Origin: Verrucomicrobiota bacterium
Lineage (GTDB): Bacteria > Verrucomicrobiota > Lentisphaeria > JABSQK01 > JAJFLO01
DNA length: 64,000 nucleotides
Direction of reading: 5' to 3'
Assembly: GCA_021772615.1 (NCBI GenBank)
Contig: JAJFLQ010000116.1
Span: 97,744-161,743 of the forward strand
How positions within the stretch are numbered: the first letter of the stretch is position 1; each line of letters starts with the position of its first letter. A model generated the notes under the pieces. It searched no databases. It was not told where the DNA came from and saw only the letters and a program-made list of their open reading frames with translations. Made by a program: the position numbers and the translations under genes. Below, one piece after another: positions 20,701-29,411 of this stretch.

Positions 20701-20932
20701 ACCGAACGGACTCGGGGGCAAAGACGCGAACCGCCTGCTGAAAGCCAAGTTGGCCGACCTCCACACGATTGTCGCCAGTGGGTACTCGAACGATCCGGTG
20801 CTGGCCCATTACCGGGCCCATGGATTTGACGCGCGAATCAGCAAACCCTTTCAGATCGAAGATTTGGCCGACATCCTCGACAGCCTCCCGCCCAAGGCCG
20901 CGAAATCATCCGCTGCGAAGAAGCGCGGCTGA
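17735..20932 (+). CDS. Multi-sensor hybrid histidine kinase (REC - GAF/PAS x3 - HisKA - HATPase_c - REC)
   Basis: The domain order is an N-terminal REC (ILVVDDSSEQR...DLVILDVSLPD), PAS blocks, HisKA (FAGGIAHDFNNLL), HATPase_c (DAGIGI...GSGLGLS) and a C-terminal REC (ILVMDDDESIRVV...AILDLTVPNG). Confidence 0.9.
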   Translation: MTPTPKILVVDDSSEQRKIIIRLLRDRHYDVVEAESGKGGLQAMATERPDLVILDVSLPDLAGTEVCNRIKSDPALRRTVVILISSHHRSSEVQTEAMNAGADSYVARPIRNRELQARIDAMIRLKQIQDLAQQRADMQAALASFTKFSMTCEKRSGLFNRCVSDLVTANSGFNLSICYEAPPDAGDVVVRARYGSEKERLRTRVKHGDYRTFADRFVAEPATIGDAGRNAKIVADLVAKHRNTLGPGLCIPVQTDDIFYGGVAVFNDDPSAVFTGEDLGYLQSVATVLHIALRHRHQQEALKASECLHRTLCEASPAGIFRANPDGRLTYANARWMEITGIPWRENTDWLTCIHPNDRQTVADWISTWRNQADVFSSSFRIRQPGGAERWVYVQVAKDRSGRSLHGFVGTMTDRTRHRADEDALRVKDRAMAACANGILITDATSPENPIIYNNPAFERITGYTADEIIGRNCRFLQGDNRDQPQLDELRDAIGKGVGFHGVLRNVRRDGEPFWNELTVTPVTDTSGHIVNFIGIQNDITRRKQAEDALAHETERLKITLHSIGDGAITTDVGGRIETMNPVAERLTAWPLADARGLPLPMVFRIINERTGDIVENPVDRVLATGKIVGLANDTILITRDGDERIIADSAAPIHDAHGDLIGVILIFTDITDRCRMDREMQKAQKLESLGVFAGGIAHDFNNLLMVLMGTISIIKLDVRNEPRLAARLERAEVACDQAQRLTQQLLTFASGGTPSKESVDTAEMLREAADFAIHGSNCRLDSTFSPKLWRLDADPGQISQVIQNLISNANQAMPVGGVITLAARNTVIKKKTTVPLPPGRYIRLTIKDAGIGITTEHIERIFDPFFTTKQKGSGLGLSVVYAIVHRHGGHIAVQSKPGQGTTFQIYLPTAARSKTAETPRFDKPLKTGSGRILVMDDDESIRVVVQEMLRQLGYESDVAGDGYEACRMADSAAASGAPYRAAILDLTVPNGLGGKDANRLLKAKLADLHTIVASGYSNDPVLAHYRAHGFDARISKPFQIEDLADILDSLPPKAAKSSAAKKRG

Positions 20933-21160
20933 TCGCGTCCGCCGCTACGCCCCCCGAATCCTAGGTCCCGGACATGCCGCGCGCGGCATGTCCGGCGGCA
21001 AACATGGTTTGTTCGGATTATTCCGAATTTCCGGTTGCGAATTCGGCCGTATCGCCGTTTAGTGTGGGGTGGAAAACCGGTCACGACCACAAGGCCTTGC
21101 CGTATTCCCGCGAGATGGTGAATGGCATGAATCGGCAGTATACTACGCCCTTAGTTGAAG

Positions 21161-21194
21161 GTCGCACTTTAGTGCGGATTTCACGTGGCGCACC
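21161..21194 (-). repeat. Hairpin repeat family, B-type variant (CGCAC-TAAA-GTGCG) in inverted orientation
   Basis: The sequence gtcgcactttagtgcggatttcacgtggcgcacc, read as its reverse complement cgtgaaatccgcactaaagtgcgac, aligns to the B-type core cgtgaaacccacactgaagtgtgaac with compensatory stem changes. Confidence 0.6.
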
Positions 21195-21304
21195 ATACCC
21201 CGCATCGGGTGGCGCAAGCACGCTAAAGCGCGAACTTACAACAGCCTGCAGAATTTGTGTGATTGTTCACAGTCACCGCATGCAGGACTGAGTTCGCTGC
21301 CTTT

Positions 21305-21356
21305 GCGAGACGCTGGGAAAGCCATGCCGCAGAGCGGGATGAACGCCAGCGAGTGG
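21305..21356 (+). repeat. Hairpin repeat family, A-type copy
   Basis: gcgagacgctgggaaagccatgccgcagagcgggatgaacgccagcgagtgg. Confidence 0.75.
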
Positions 21357-21520
21357 CGCCACCCCATGCCCTCTGGGGCTCGGGGCAATTCCAAAGCCGG
21401 ACCCTGTGTGCCAAGATTTTTTACAATCCCACTTGAAACAGCACCGACGCAACGGCACAACGACATTAATACCGCAGCCGTTCCGGCGGATCACACTGAC
21501 ATACGATTGAGGTCATAGTC

Positions 21521-23479
21521 ATGAGCGATATAAATTTCTCCAATGAAGGTCCACTCGCCACCCGGATTCGTTCCGTCAGCGACTCACCTGAACGACCGGA
21601 CGATCTCTCGGGTCTCGTTTCCGGCGAACTCGCGCCGATCGGCGGCGATATTTCCCGATACCTGAATGTACGTAAGGCACAGCGACCGTCGCTTTCTCCA
21701 GACGGGCAACGGGTATCATTTATCACACAGATCACCGGCAAGTCACAGCTATGGGTAGTGGATGCGGCCGGCGGCTGGCCGATTCAATACACCTTCGGCC
21801 GGCCGCTGCGCTTTCACCAGTGGTCGCCGCGGGGCGACTGGATTGTCTACGGCAAGGACGATGCCGGCAATGAACGCGAGGGATTCTTCCTGATCTCTGC
21901 TTCCGGCGATGCAGGCCGTGAGCTGCTGCCGCCATCGGATGCGTTTCGCGTATTTGGCGGCTTCAATCACGATGGAAGTTGTGTTGCCTACGCCGGCACG
22001 GAACGAAATGGTTCGGATTTCGATATCTATGTACTCGACATCGACAGCGGTGAGAATCGCCTGGTATTCCACGGGCGCGCCGGCATGTACGCGGTGTCCT
22101 GGTCTCCAGACGGCCGCCACCTCATTCTCACCGAAGAACGTGGTGAAGACGCCAATGATGTGCACCTGCTGGAAATCGCGACCGGTACGATCGAAACGTT
22201 GTTCGAGCCGCACGAGGCGTCGTATTACGGGAGCTTCTCCTGGTCGCCAGACAGCAGTGGATTTTATATGGCAACAAACCAGAACCGCGACTACATCGGG
22301 GTGGCGTATTACGACATCAAGGCCGGTTCTCTCTCGTATGTCGAGACGAGTGATTGCGATTTCGAACAGGTTGCCTTGTCCCCCGACGGTGAAATCCTCG
22401 CCTGGTCTATTAATGAAGAGGGATACTCGAAGCTGTATTTTCGCAACATCCACTCCGGCGAGGCAATCGCCCCGCCGGAGCCGCCGCGCGGCGTGTACAG
22501 AATCCAGTGGGCAACGCACGCATCCGTACTCGCGATCACTGTGTCCGGCCCGCAGTTGCCGGGCGACATCTGGACCTGGCACGTTACCCCCGGGCAATTG
22601 CACCGTTCGACGCGGTCGGCCGTGGTCGGATTCGACTTGAAACGACTGGTCGAGCCGGAAGCATGCCGTTTCGATGTCGAGGATGGCACGACGGTTCATG
22701 GACTGTTGTATCTGCCGCCCGGCGCAACGCAGGGTAAAAAGGTACCGGTGCTAATCGAGGTGCACGGCGGCCCGACGATGCAGGCCAGGCCGTGTTTTAA
22801 TCCTGTGCATCAGTACTTTTTGCACCACGGAATCGCAGTTTTCGACCTTAACTATCGCGGTTCTACCGGATTCGGCAAACACTATGCCCGGCTGAATGAC
22901 GGACGGCTGCGCGAAAACGAGATCCTCGATATTTCCGGGGCAGTCACGTGGCTGGCGCGCGAACGCCCGGTCGACACCAGCCGCGCCGCGCTCATGGGGG
23001 CATCCTACGGCGGCTATCTCACCATGTACGCGATGACGCGTCTGCCGGATCATTTTCGTGCCGGAGTCGCGTTTGTCGGCGTGTCGAATTGGATCACGGC
23101 ACTTGAAGGTACGTCGCCGCAGCTGCGGGCCAGCGACCGCATTGAATACGGCGACATCGACAACCTTGCCGACCGCGAGTTTTTCCGACGCATCTCACCG
23201 ATCACGCACGTGGCGAATGTCAAGGCGCCAATGATGGTGGTTCACGGCGTGAATGATCCGCGAAACCCCGTTTGCGAATCCGACAAGTTCGTCGAGGCGA
23301 TACGCGACCACGGCGGCCGCGTTCATTATCTCCGTTTCCAGGATGAAGGCCATGGCATCCAGAAGCTTTCAAACCGCATCAAGGCCTATCGTCGTATTGC
23401 GGGCTTTCTCGAACGCATTCTGCAAGGCGGCGACGACTACATGATCGATATCGACGAAAACCTGTCGTCGGATCATTGA
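21521..23479 (+). CDS. S9 family serine peptidase (prolyl oligopeptidase/acylaminoacyl-peptidase-like) with N-terminal beta-propeller
   Basis: A WD40/TolB-like propeller (repeated SPDG motifs) precedes an alpha/beta hydrolase domain with GASYGGYLT (the GxSxGG nucleophile motif) and a His/Asp region near the C-terminus. Confidence 0.85.
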   Translation: MSDINFSNEGPLATRIRSVSDSPERPDDLSGLVSGELAPIGGDISRYLNVRKAQRPSLSPDGQRVSFITQITGKSQLWVVDAAGGWPIQYTFGRPLRFHQWSPRGDWIVYGKDDAGNEREGFFLISASGDAGRELLPPSDAFRVFGGFNHDGSCVAYAGTERNGSDFDIYVLDIDSGENRLVFHGRAGMYAVSWSPDGRHLILTEERGEDANDVHLLEIATGTIETLFEPHEASYYGSFSWSPDSSGFYMATNQNRDYIGVAYYDIKAGSLSYVETSDCDFEQVALSPDGEILAWSINEEGYSKLYFRNIHSGEAIAPPEPPRGVYRIQWATHASVLAITVSGPQLPGDIWTWHVTPGQLHRSTRSAVVGFDLKRLVEPEACRFDVEDGTTVHGLLYLPPGATQGKKVPVLIEVHGGPTMQARPCFNPVHQYFLHHGIAVFDLNYRGSTGFGKHYARLNDGRLRENEILDISGAVTWLARERPVDTSRAALMGASYGGYLTMYAMTRLPDHFRAGVAFVGVSNWITALEGTSPQLRASDRIEYGDIDNLADREFFRRISPITHVANVKAPMMVVHGVNDPRNPVCESDKFVEAIRDHGGRVHYLRFQDEGHGIQKLSNRIKAYRRIAGFLERILQGGDDYMIDIDENLSSDH

Positions 23480-23658
23480 TTTTACGGGTGCCCGGGGTGC
23501 CCGTCTGCTACTCGATCGAGACGCTCAGCTTGTACACCAATGTCGACTTACTGTGGAAGACGGGCCCGGATGCGGTCGAACCGCGACGAGCGCATTCAGC
23601 AGCAGTTGGCGTTCGCACCATCGGAGCCGCGTGTTGTGCCATAGCCGCCATGATCGGA

Positions 23659-23693
23659 GCGTGAAACCCACACTGAAGTGTGAACTCCAGCAG
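23659..23693 (+). repeat. Hairpin repeat family, B-type copy (CACAC-TGAA-GTGTG)
   Basis: gcgtgaaacccacactgaagtgtgaactccagcag. Confidence 0.8.
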
Positions 23694-23776
23694 GGCGCCC
23701 GCAAGATCAGTGACGCCGACTTCATTCAAGCCTCGACATCGGGCCGACCAAATTGGTATCCGGTAAAGACCATGGA

Positions 23777-23856
23777 GGAACCGCGAATCGACGCCAATGG
23801 ACGCGAATCCATTTATTTATTAGCGTTTATTCGCGTCCATTCGCGGTTCCCTTTTT
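23777..23856 (+). terminator. Long imperfect hairpin (about 22-bp arms) followed by a TTTTT tract: an intrinsic-terminator-like structure
   Basis: The sequence is ggaaccgcgaat[cgacgcca]atggacgcgaat - loop - attcgcgtccattcgcggttcc, followed by ctttttg. The right arm plus loop (ttagcgtttattcgcgtccattcgcggttccct) recurs at 52949-52981. Confidence 0.55.
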
Positions 23857-23952
23857 GTCCAGCGACCGTTATCAATCGACACAATCAACCCGTGGCAAAA
23901 CGATAGCGGCCAGGTCATCGGTAGACGGACTTCTCGCACGCCACCGTTTTCG

Positions 23953-25509
23953 TCACAGCACGTTCTCATTTTCCGTAAGGCGCTGCACCTCCTGGTCCAC
24001 CTTTTTTTTGACCGTACGCCGGTCGAGCTGGAGCAGGCGCGCGGTTTCTTCGTAATTCCGTGTACGTCCGTAAACCAGCGCGCAATAACGGCATAGCAAA
24101 TCGTCCGCCGTCAACACACCATCATAGAACAACGACGCCAGCGCCGTAGCGGGTTCCGGCGAATCGACGGCAAGCGGTCGGTACGCGTTGCGGATTATGA
24201 AACTGCGAATGCATTGTTCCATCTCTCGAAAATTTCCGGGCCATGGGTAGTCGGAGCCGAGATTTTCCCGGATCCATGCCGCCGCGGCGGCGGCGATCGT
24301 GTCCGCATCGCGATCACCGGCAACGCGGCCGGCGACGATTCGCACAATCCGCGGCAGCTCGTCGTCAGACGCCGCTAACTGCTCGCGCAGCGTCGGCGTC
24401 GCGATAATGTCGGAGCACAACCGGTAGTAGAGGTCGTGTCGGAATCGGCCCTCCCGTATCTCCACTGCGAGGTCACGGTTTGTAGCGGCGACCACCTTCG
24501 CGCTAAATTCCCTCGCCTCCACCTCACCGATGCGTTGCAGCCGGCGGGTCTGCAGTACGCGTAGTAGTTTCACCTGAATCGTCGTTGATACCTCGCCGAT
24601 CTCATCCAGGAACACCGTTCCCAGCCTTCCCGACATTTCCAACCAGCCGACACGATCGTCGGCCGCCCCAGTGAATGCGCCGCGTCGGTGGCCGAACAAC
24701 TCGGATTCAATCAACGTCGGTGACAACGCCGACATGTTCAACGCATGGAATGATGCGACGAAGTCGACAGCGAAGGTTCGCGTCGTGCTGTCGAAGGGGA
24801 TATAACGCGCCATACCGATGGCACGGGCGACCAGCTCCTTGCCCGTTCCAGAGGGCCCGGTAATGAGCGTACTCATATCTGCCATACGATCGTGAAGGAC
24901 AAATAAATAGCGTCGTCGGTCACAGGTAAAGATAGATTGCCACACCGCGGCACGCAGACGTGCAGCAGGCATCGTGGAACCGACAATGAATCTGTAAATA
25001 AAATAAAAAGCGCGTGCGAGCTGAAAACAACAGGCAAACACATGGTCGGCCGTGACGGCATCGTCCGTATGACGCTCCGGCACAGCCAGATAAAAATCAA
25101 AATCCCGCTCGAACGCCGCATAAAATGGAATGGTTTGCGACGTCTGGCTGCCGCCAATCACGTCGTCCACGCAGCGAATGAAACGATCGGCGTATCGATG
25201 GTACAACAGGAAAAGGACCGCATCGACATACAGCTGCCATTCGTCGTCGCCAACAGCTTTCATATGCGCAAGCCGCTTCCTTGCAGGCCGCAGCACGGTC
25301 TCGGCGCGATTGGCCAGCAAGGTAATATTGGGCCGGCCTCGAGCCGGATCATTGCGTAGACTCCAGACTGGAGCGTCATACTGAAAATCTGGTCCCAGCG
25401 CTTCACGCTCGAGATCGATACGCTCCGTATCGAACGGATTGCAATACGCCAAACGACTCAGCGTCTTGACGAATATGTCGTCGGCTTTTCTGAATAGTCT
25501 CATGTGCAA
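23953..25509 (-). CDS. Sigma-54-dependent transcriptional activator (bEBP) with an uncharacterised N-terminal domain
   Basis: The AAA+ core has Walker A GPSGTGKELVARAI and the GAFTGA-region motif ESELFGHRRGAFTGA. There is a C-terminal HTH (TRNYEETARLLQLDRRTVKKKV). The N-terminal region of about 210 aa matches no REC, GAF or PAS pattern that I recognise. Confidence 0.85.
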   Translation of the reverse strand: MHMRLFRKADDIFVKTLSRLAYCNPFDTERIDLEREALGPDFQYDAPVWSLRNDPARGRPNITLLANRAETVLRPARKRLAHMKAVGDDEWQLYVDAVLFLLYHRYADRFIRCVDDVIGGSQTSQTIPFYAAFERDFDFYLAVPERHTDDAVTADHVFACCFQLARAFYFIYRFIVGSTMPAARLRAAVWQSIFTCDRRRYLFVLHDRMADMSTLITGPSGTGKELVARAIGMARYIPFDSTTRTFAVDFVASFHALNMSALSPTLIESELFGHRRGAFTGAADDRVGWLEMSGRLGTVFLDEIGEVSTTIQVKLLRVLQTRRLQRIGEVEAREFSAKVVAATNRDLAVEIREGRFRHDLYYRLCSDIIATPTLREQLAASDDELPRIVRIVAGRVAGDRDADTIAAAAAAWIRENLGSDYPWPGNFREMEQCIRSFIIRNAYRPLAVDSPEPATALASLFYDGVLTADDLLCRYCALVYGRTRNYEETARLLQLDRRTVKKKVDQEVQRLTENENVL

Positions 25510-25847
25510 TCTTGATATGACGAACGTTCAATTCAACAACATCGGACCAGACATCCGCGGAATGCCGGCGGTGATGCCGCACCGCTTTCTTTTTCCGCGC
25601 GCAAGCATATACTACTAAACTTTTCCCATTTTTTGAGTCGCCGCGTTAACAACCAGTCCTGCCGGAGTCACCGGCTCCCAAATGTCACCCTGCGGCTTGT
25701 CCAAAAACAAAAAAATCAGCATGACATTAATATCTAGTAGAGTGGGAGTTATAACAAACCGCTGCAGCATAATTTCATTCTTCCCAAAAGAGATTTAATA
25801 GCGACCATCTATTTACCAGCCTTTAACCACGTTGCATCGGGAGCGCC

Positions 25848-27320
25848 ATGTTTGAAGACGCCGAAAAAGGAACGTCGTTGTCAAGAGCCGAGTATAAAGC
25901 AGCAGTGCCCGCTCTACGGGCAGAGCTGTTGAACGTACAGTTTGATCTGAAAAACGCCGGTTTCCCGGTGATCATACTGGTATCCGGCGTGGACGGCGCC
26001 GGCAAGGGCGATGTTGTCCATCATCTCACCGAATGGCTCGATCCGCGAGGCGTCGAAACGCACGCATTCTGGGAAACGTCGGACGAAGAGCGGGAACGTC
26101 CGGAATACTGGCGATTCTGGCGGGCGATGCCGCCCAAGGGCCAAATCGGCATTCTCTTCGGCTCGTGGTACACGAATCCGATTATACTGCGGGTTCGCCG
26201 CACTATCGATACAGGCGTACTGGACCGTCGCCTCGACCATATCACCGCGTTTGAGCGCATGCTCACGGACGACGGTGCATTGCTTATCAAACTCTGGTTT
26301 CACATGTCCAAGGAGGCGCAGTACCAGCGGCTGCGTCAGCTCGAAAAGGACAGGCACACCCGGGGCAAAGTGACCCCGACGGACTGGAAGCACCACAAGA
26401 TGTACGATCGGTTTCTACGCATTTCCGAGCACGCCATCCGGCGCACGGACGCGGCGCATGCGCCGTGGACACTCATTGAGGCGGTTGATGCGAATTACCG
26501 GGAAATCGAGACCGGCCGTGTCGTGTTGAAGGCGCTGCAGGAGCGGTTGCAAAGGCCACCGACGAAGGCAACCGCACCAGCCGAAAGGATACCAGCGATT
26601 CAGCGGAACGCGGTACTTGACGCTATTGACCTGTCGCCGTTGGCGCCGCCACAAACACTGAAACAGACGTTGCGGCGGCACCAGGGAAAGCTTTCGCGTC
26701 TTGCCTGGAAGGCGCGCCGGAAGAAGGTATCGGTGGTTGGCGTGTTCGAAGGATGGGACGCAGCAGGGAAAGGCGGTGCGATCCGCCGCGTCACGCACGC
26801 CATGGACCCGCGGCTCTTTCGGGTGGTCCCAATTGCCGCGCCAAACGACGAGGAGCGCGCGCAGCACTACCTATGGCGTTTCTGGCGCCAGCTGCCGCGG
26901 GCCGGGAAGATGACACTATTCGACCGCTCCTGGTACGGCCGAGTACTGGTCGAACGCGTGGAAGGATTTGCGCAAGCAGACGAATGGCAACGCGCCTACC
27001 AGGAGATCAATGCATTCGAAGAGGAACTGACAGACCACGGCATCGTGCTGCTCAAGTTCTGGCTGCATATCAGTAAGGACGAGCAGCTGCAACGCTTCGA
27101 GGCCCGTAAGGATGTCGCCTACAAGCGTCACAAGATTACAGACGAAGACTGGCGCAATCGCGAGCAGTGGGACGCATACGAGCTTGCCGTGACCGAAATG
27201 GTCGAGCGGACCAGCACCGATTACGCGCCTTGGACATTGGTTGGCGGCAATGACAAACGCAGTGCCCGCGTCCAGGTTGTACAGACATTCACTCGCGCGT
27301 TAAAAAAAGCTCTGGGCTAA
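25848..27320 (+). CDS. Two-domain polyphosphate kinase 2 (class II PPK2, polyphosphate:AMP phosphotransferase-like)
   Basis: There are two tandem PPK2 modules, each with a Walker A (SGVDGAGKGD and VFEGWDAAGKGGA) and a Walker B-like WFHMSKEAQ / WLHISKDEQ lid motif. The length is 490 aa. Confidence 0.85.
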   Translation: MFEDAEKGTSLSRAEYKAAVPALRAELLNVQFDLKNAGFPVIILVSGVDGAGKGDVVHHLTEWLDPRGVETHAFWETSDEERERPEYWRFWRAMPPKGQIGILFGSWYTNPIILRVRRTIDTGVLDRRLDHITAFERMLTDDGALLIKLWFHMSKEAQYQRLRQLEKDRHTRGKVTPTDWKHHKMYDRFLRISEHAIRRTDAAHAPWTLIEAVDANYREIETGRVVLKALQERLQRPPTKATAPAERIPAIQRNAVLDAIDLSPLAPPQTLKQTLRRHQGKLSRLAWKARRKKVSVVGVFEGWDAAGKGGAIRRVTHAMDPRLFRVVPIAAPNDEERAQHYLWRFWRQLPRAGKMTLFDRSWYGRVLVERVEGFAQADEWQRAYQEINAFEEELTDHGIVLLKFWLHISKDEQLQRFEARKDVAYKRHKITDEDWRNREQWDAYELAVTEMVERTSTDYAPWTLVGGNDKRSARVQVVQTFTRALKKALG

Positions 27321-27509
27321 TCTGCGGACGACGCCGGCCTGTCGTCAACTCCGTCATTATGGTCAACTGGATCAACCAGCGTACTGAGACACCTATGCAT
27401 ACGCCGGCCTGCCGTCAATACCGTCATTATGGTCAACGTGGTCAACGTGGACAACCTTGTCAATTCATTAGTCATTCTCTTTCATCATGCCGAGATTAGA
27501 GCCAACGCG

Positions 27510-29351
27510 ATGATGAGGTTGCATGTAAGAAATCACCGACGAGGCAGGCTAAGGCCTGTACGCCAAAATCACCCGCGATCACGAGGTTGGCGGGACCGGC
27601 ATGGACGGTCCCCCAAGCACGCCGCTGTCGGCGGCACCGGTAGTTCCGGCAGTGCGACGCCAACGCGGACGTTTCGGCGCCCGGCAACAGCGCGTGCGAT
27701 TTTTTTCCTGGGCGTGCTGCTCGTGTCGAGCGGGTTCGCGGCCACAGACTACGCGTCGGTCGCGGACCGGCGGGTTGAAGCGGCATCGCTCACCGAAGAG
27801 GAAAAGGCGGCGTGGTTCGAACAGCACGTCCTGGCGGAGTTCTCATCGCCTGACTGTCGCCTGGTCGCCAAACTGCGAACCGACGGGCCCGACATTCGCG
27901 ATATCCAGACGACCGCTCATTTCCTCGCCGCCATAAGTATGAAATACGGCGTATTGCCGACCCCGGAGACCGCTCAGCTCGCGCTTGAGATTATTGAGGA
28001 TATCATCGCGGCAGATGCGCTTGACGGTCTCGACGGTCGGCTGTCGGCATACTGCGACATCACGGATGGGTTGCCAAAACCGGGCGGGACACTGACGGCA
28101 AACGGGCATACACAGCTCTTCTTCGGCTACGTCACGGCCTGGCGTATGATCCATGACCCCCGAATCCGCGAAACAATTCAGAGTCATGTAACATTGATCG
28201 CACAACGATACATCGACGACGGCTTTATCCTGAAGGCCCCGTCCGGACACGCGTTGCCGTACAGCGACGTAAGGGCAACGCGGTGGCAGGCGTCACGCAG
28301 CCGCCGTCTCGATTCGCTGGTGTTCCAGGAGACGGCACTGCTATTCGTTGATGACGAGACGATTCGCGAGCACATACTCCAGCTACAGAAAAAAGCGGTG
28401 CGTGCCGGCTATCTCGGTTCGATAAAGCGGCTTCATGTCAGCTTTCTCAATGTCAAGCTTCCGTCACATGCAACCGACTGGTTGAATGTTCTTAGGTTAT
28501 TCACACTGGCGCAGGCTTCCGGCAGCCCGGAGTATCGCATTGCGCTGTCGAAGCTGTACCGGACGCAACGCAAGGAGATGAACCCGCTTTTCAACAGTAT
28601 GTCGGCGATCATTTCGGGTTCAGCGTCCGCCGCTACCAATATCCTGCTCGATACCTTTCCGCTTACACTCAACAATCGGCCGGTCTACAATCGCGACGTG
28701 CCCCGCCGCATCGTACCCAGGCTGGTGAAGTCCGAATGGTTTGTCGAGGCAAGAGATCCATTGCCGATCTACCGCCGTCAATTGCGTGCGCACAATTGGA
28801 AGGCGAATCCGTACGCGATCACCGCCGAACCGGTCTCGGAGAGCACGTTTCGCTACTCCGGCGTGGACTACCTCCTCGCCTACTGGATGCATCGCTACGC
28901 GCAAATCGAGCGCATACAGGAGCAACAACCTGCAGCGCTTGTCGTCGACGACAGAAAACTCGAACGCGACGCCATCACGCGGTCACTCGAAACTCAAGGC
29001 TACACGGTGGTACAGACAGCGACCGTGGAAGAGGCAAAAGCGATATTGCTGAAGAGGCCGATAACGCAGCTCGTGACCGATCTCGACCTGAGTCGGAACG
29101 GTACGGGACTGCGCGGAAGGAAGGCGGGATTAGAGTTGCTGCAATGGGTTCGTGAGGGTCTGGATAACGGCGACGCCAGGTTGGCAACGCTCCGGGAAGT
29201 GACCCTGCATTCGACGTTGTTCAATAGCGACGACCCGTGGGGACGGCTGCTTCCGCGCAGCCGTCGGCGCATTTGCCGGACAGCCGAGGACATGGGCTTC
29301 ACCGTTCAACCCAAGACAGTGTTGACACGAGTGACGCCGGGAGCCGAATAA
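27510..29351 (+). CDS. Hypothetical protein with a C-terminal receiver-like (REC) domain; the start is ambiguous
   Basis: The C-terminal 120 aa (ALVVDDRKLERDAI...QLVTDLDLSRNG...) resemble a CheY-like receiver. The N-terminus is Arg-rich, then a hydrophobic stretch (AIFFLGVLLVSSGFAA) that may be a signal or TM segment. I list the first in-frame ATG after the repeat element. Confidence 0.5.
   Translation: MMRLHVRNHRRGRLRPVRQNHPRSRGWRDRHGRSPKHAAVGGTGSSGSATPTRTFRRPATARAIFFLGVLLVSSGFAATDYASVADRRVEAASLTEEEKAAWFEQHVLAEFSSPDCRLVAKLRTDGPDIRDIQTTAHFLAAISMKYGVLPTPETAQLALEIIEDIIAADALDGLDGRLSAYCDITDGLPKPGGTLTANGHTQLFFGYVTAWRMIHDPRIRETIQSHVTLIAQRYIDDGFILKAPSGHALPYSDVRATRWQASRSRRLDSLVFQETALLFVDDETIREHILQLQKKAVRAGYLGSIKRLHVSFLNVKLPSHATDWLNVLRLFTLAQASGSPEYRIALSKLYRTQRKEMNPLFNSMSAIISGSASAATNILLDTFPLTLNNRPVYNRDVPRRIVPRLVKSEWFVEARDPLPIYRRQLRAHNWKANPYAITAEPVSESTFRYSGVDYLLAYWMHRYAQIERIQEQQPAALVVDDRKLERDAITRSLETQGYTVVQTATVEEAKAILLKRPITQLVTDLDLSRNGTGLRGRKAGLELLQWVREGLDNGDARLATLREVTLHSTLFNSDDPWGRLLPRSRRRICRTAEDMGFTVQPKTVLTRVTPGAE
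27543..27574 (+). repeat. Partial copy of the repeat tail (CAGGC-TAAG-GCCTG hairpin plus CCAAAATCACC)
   Basis: gaggcaggctaaggcctgtacgccaaaatcacc matches the right end of the 29412-29633 element (aatcaggctaaagcctgcactccaaaatacc). Confidence 0.55.
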
Positions 29352-29411
29352 CGACACTGTGCGGTCTGCTGTTGTCGCTTGCGACAAACGGACATTGCTT
29401 GCCGGTGTTGG

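Noticed and set aside
21749-22699. 316-aa minus-strand ORF and 243-aa plus-strand alternate-frame ORF inside the S9 peptidase gene
   Set aside because: The peptidase frame has the GxSxGG nucleophile motif and propeller repeats. The alternatives are Arg-rich and lack motifs.
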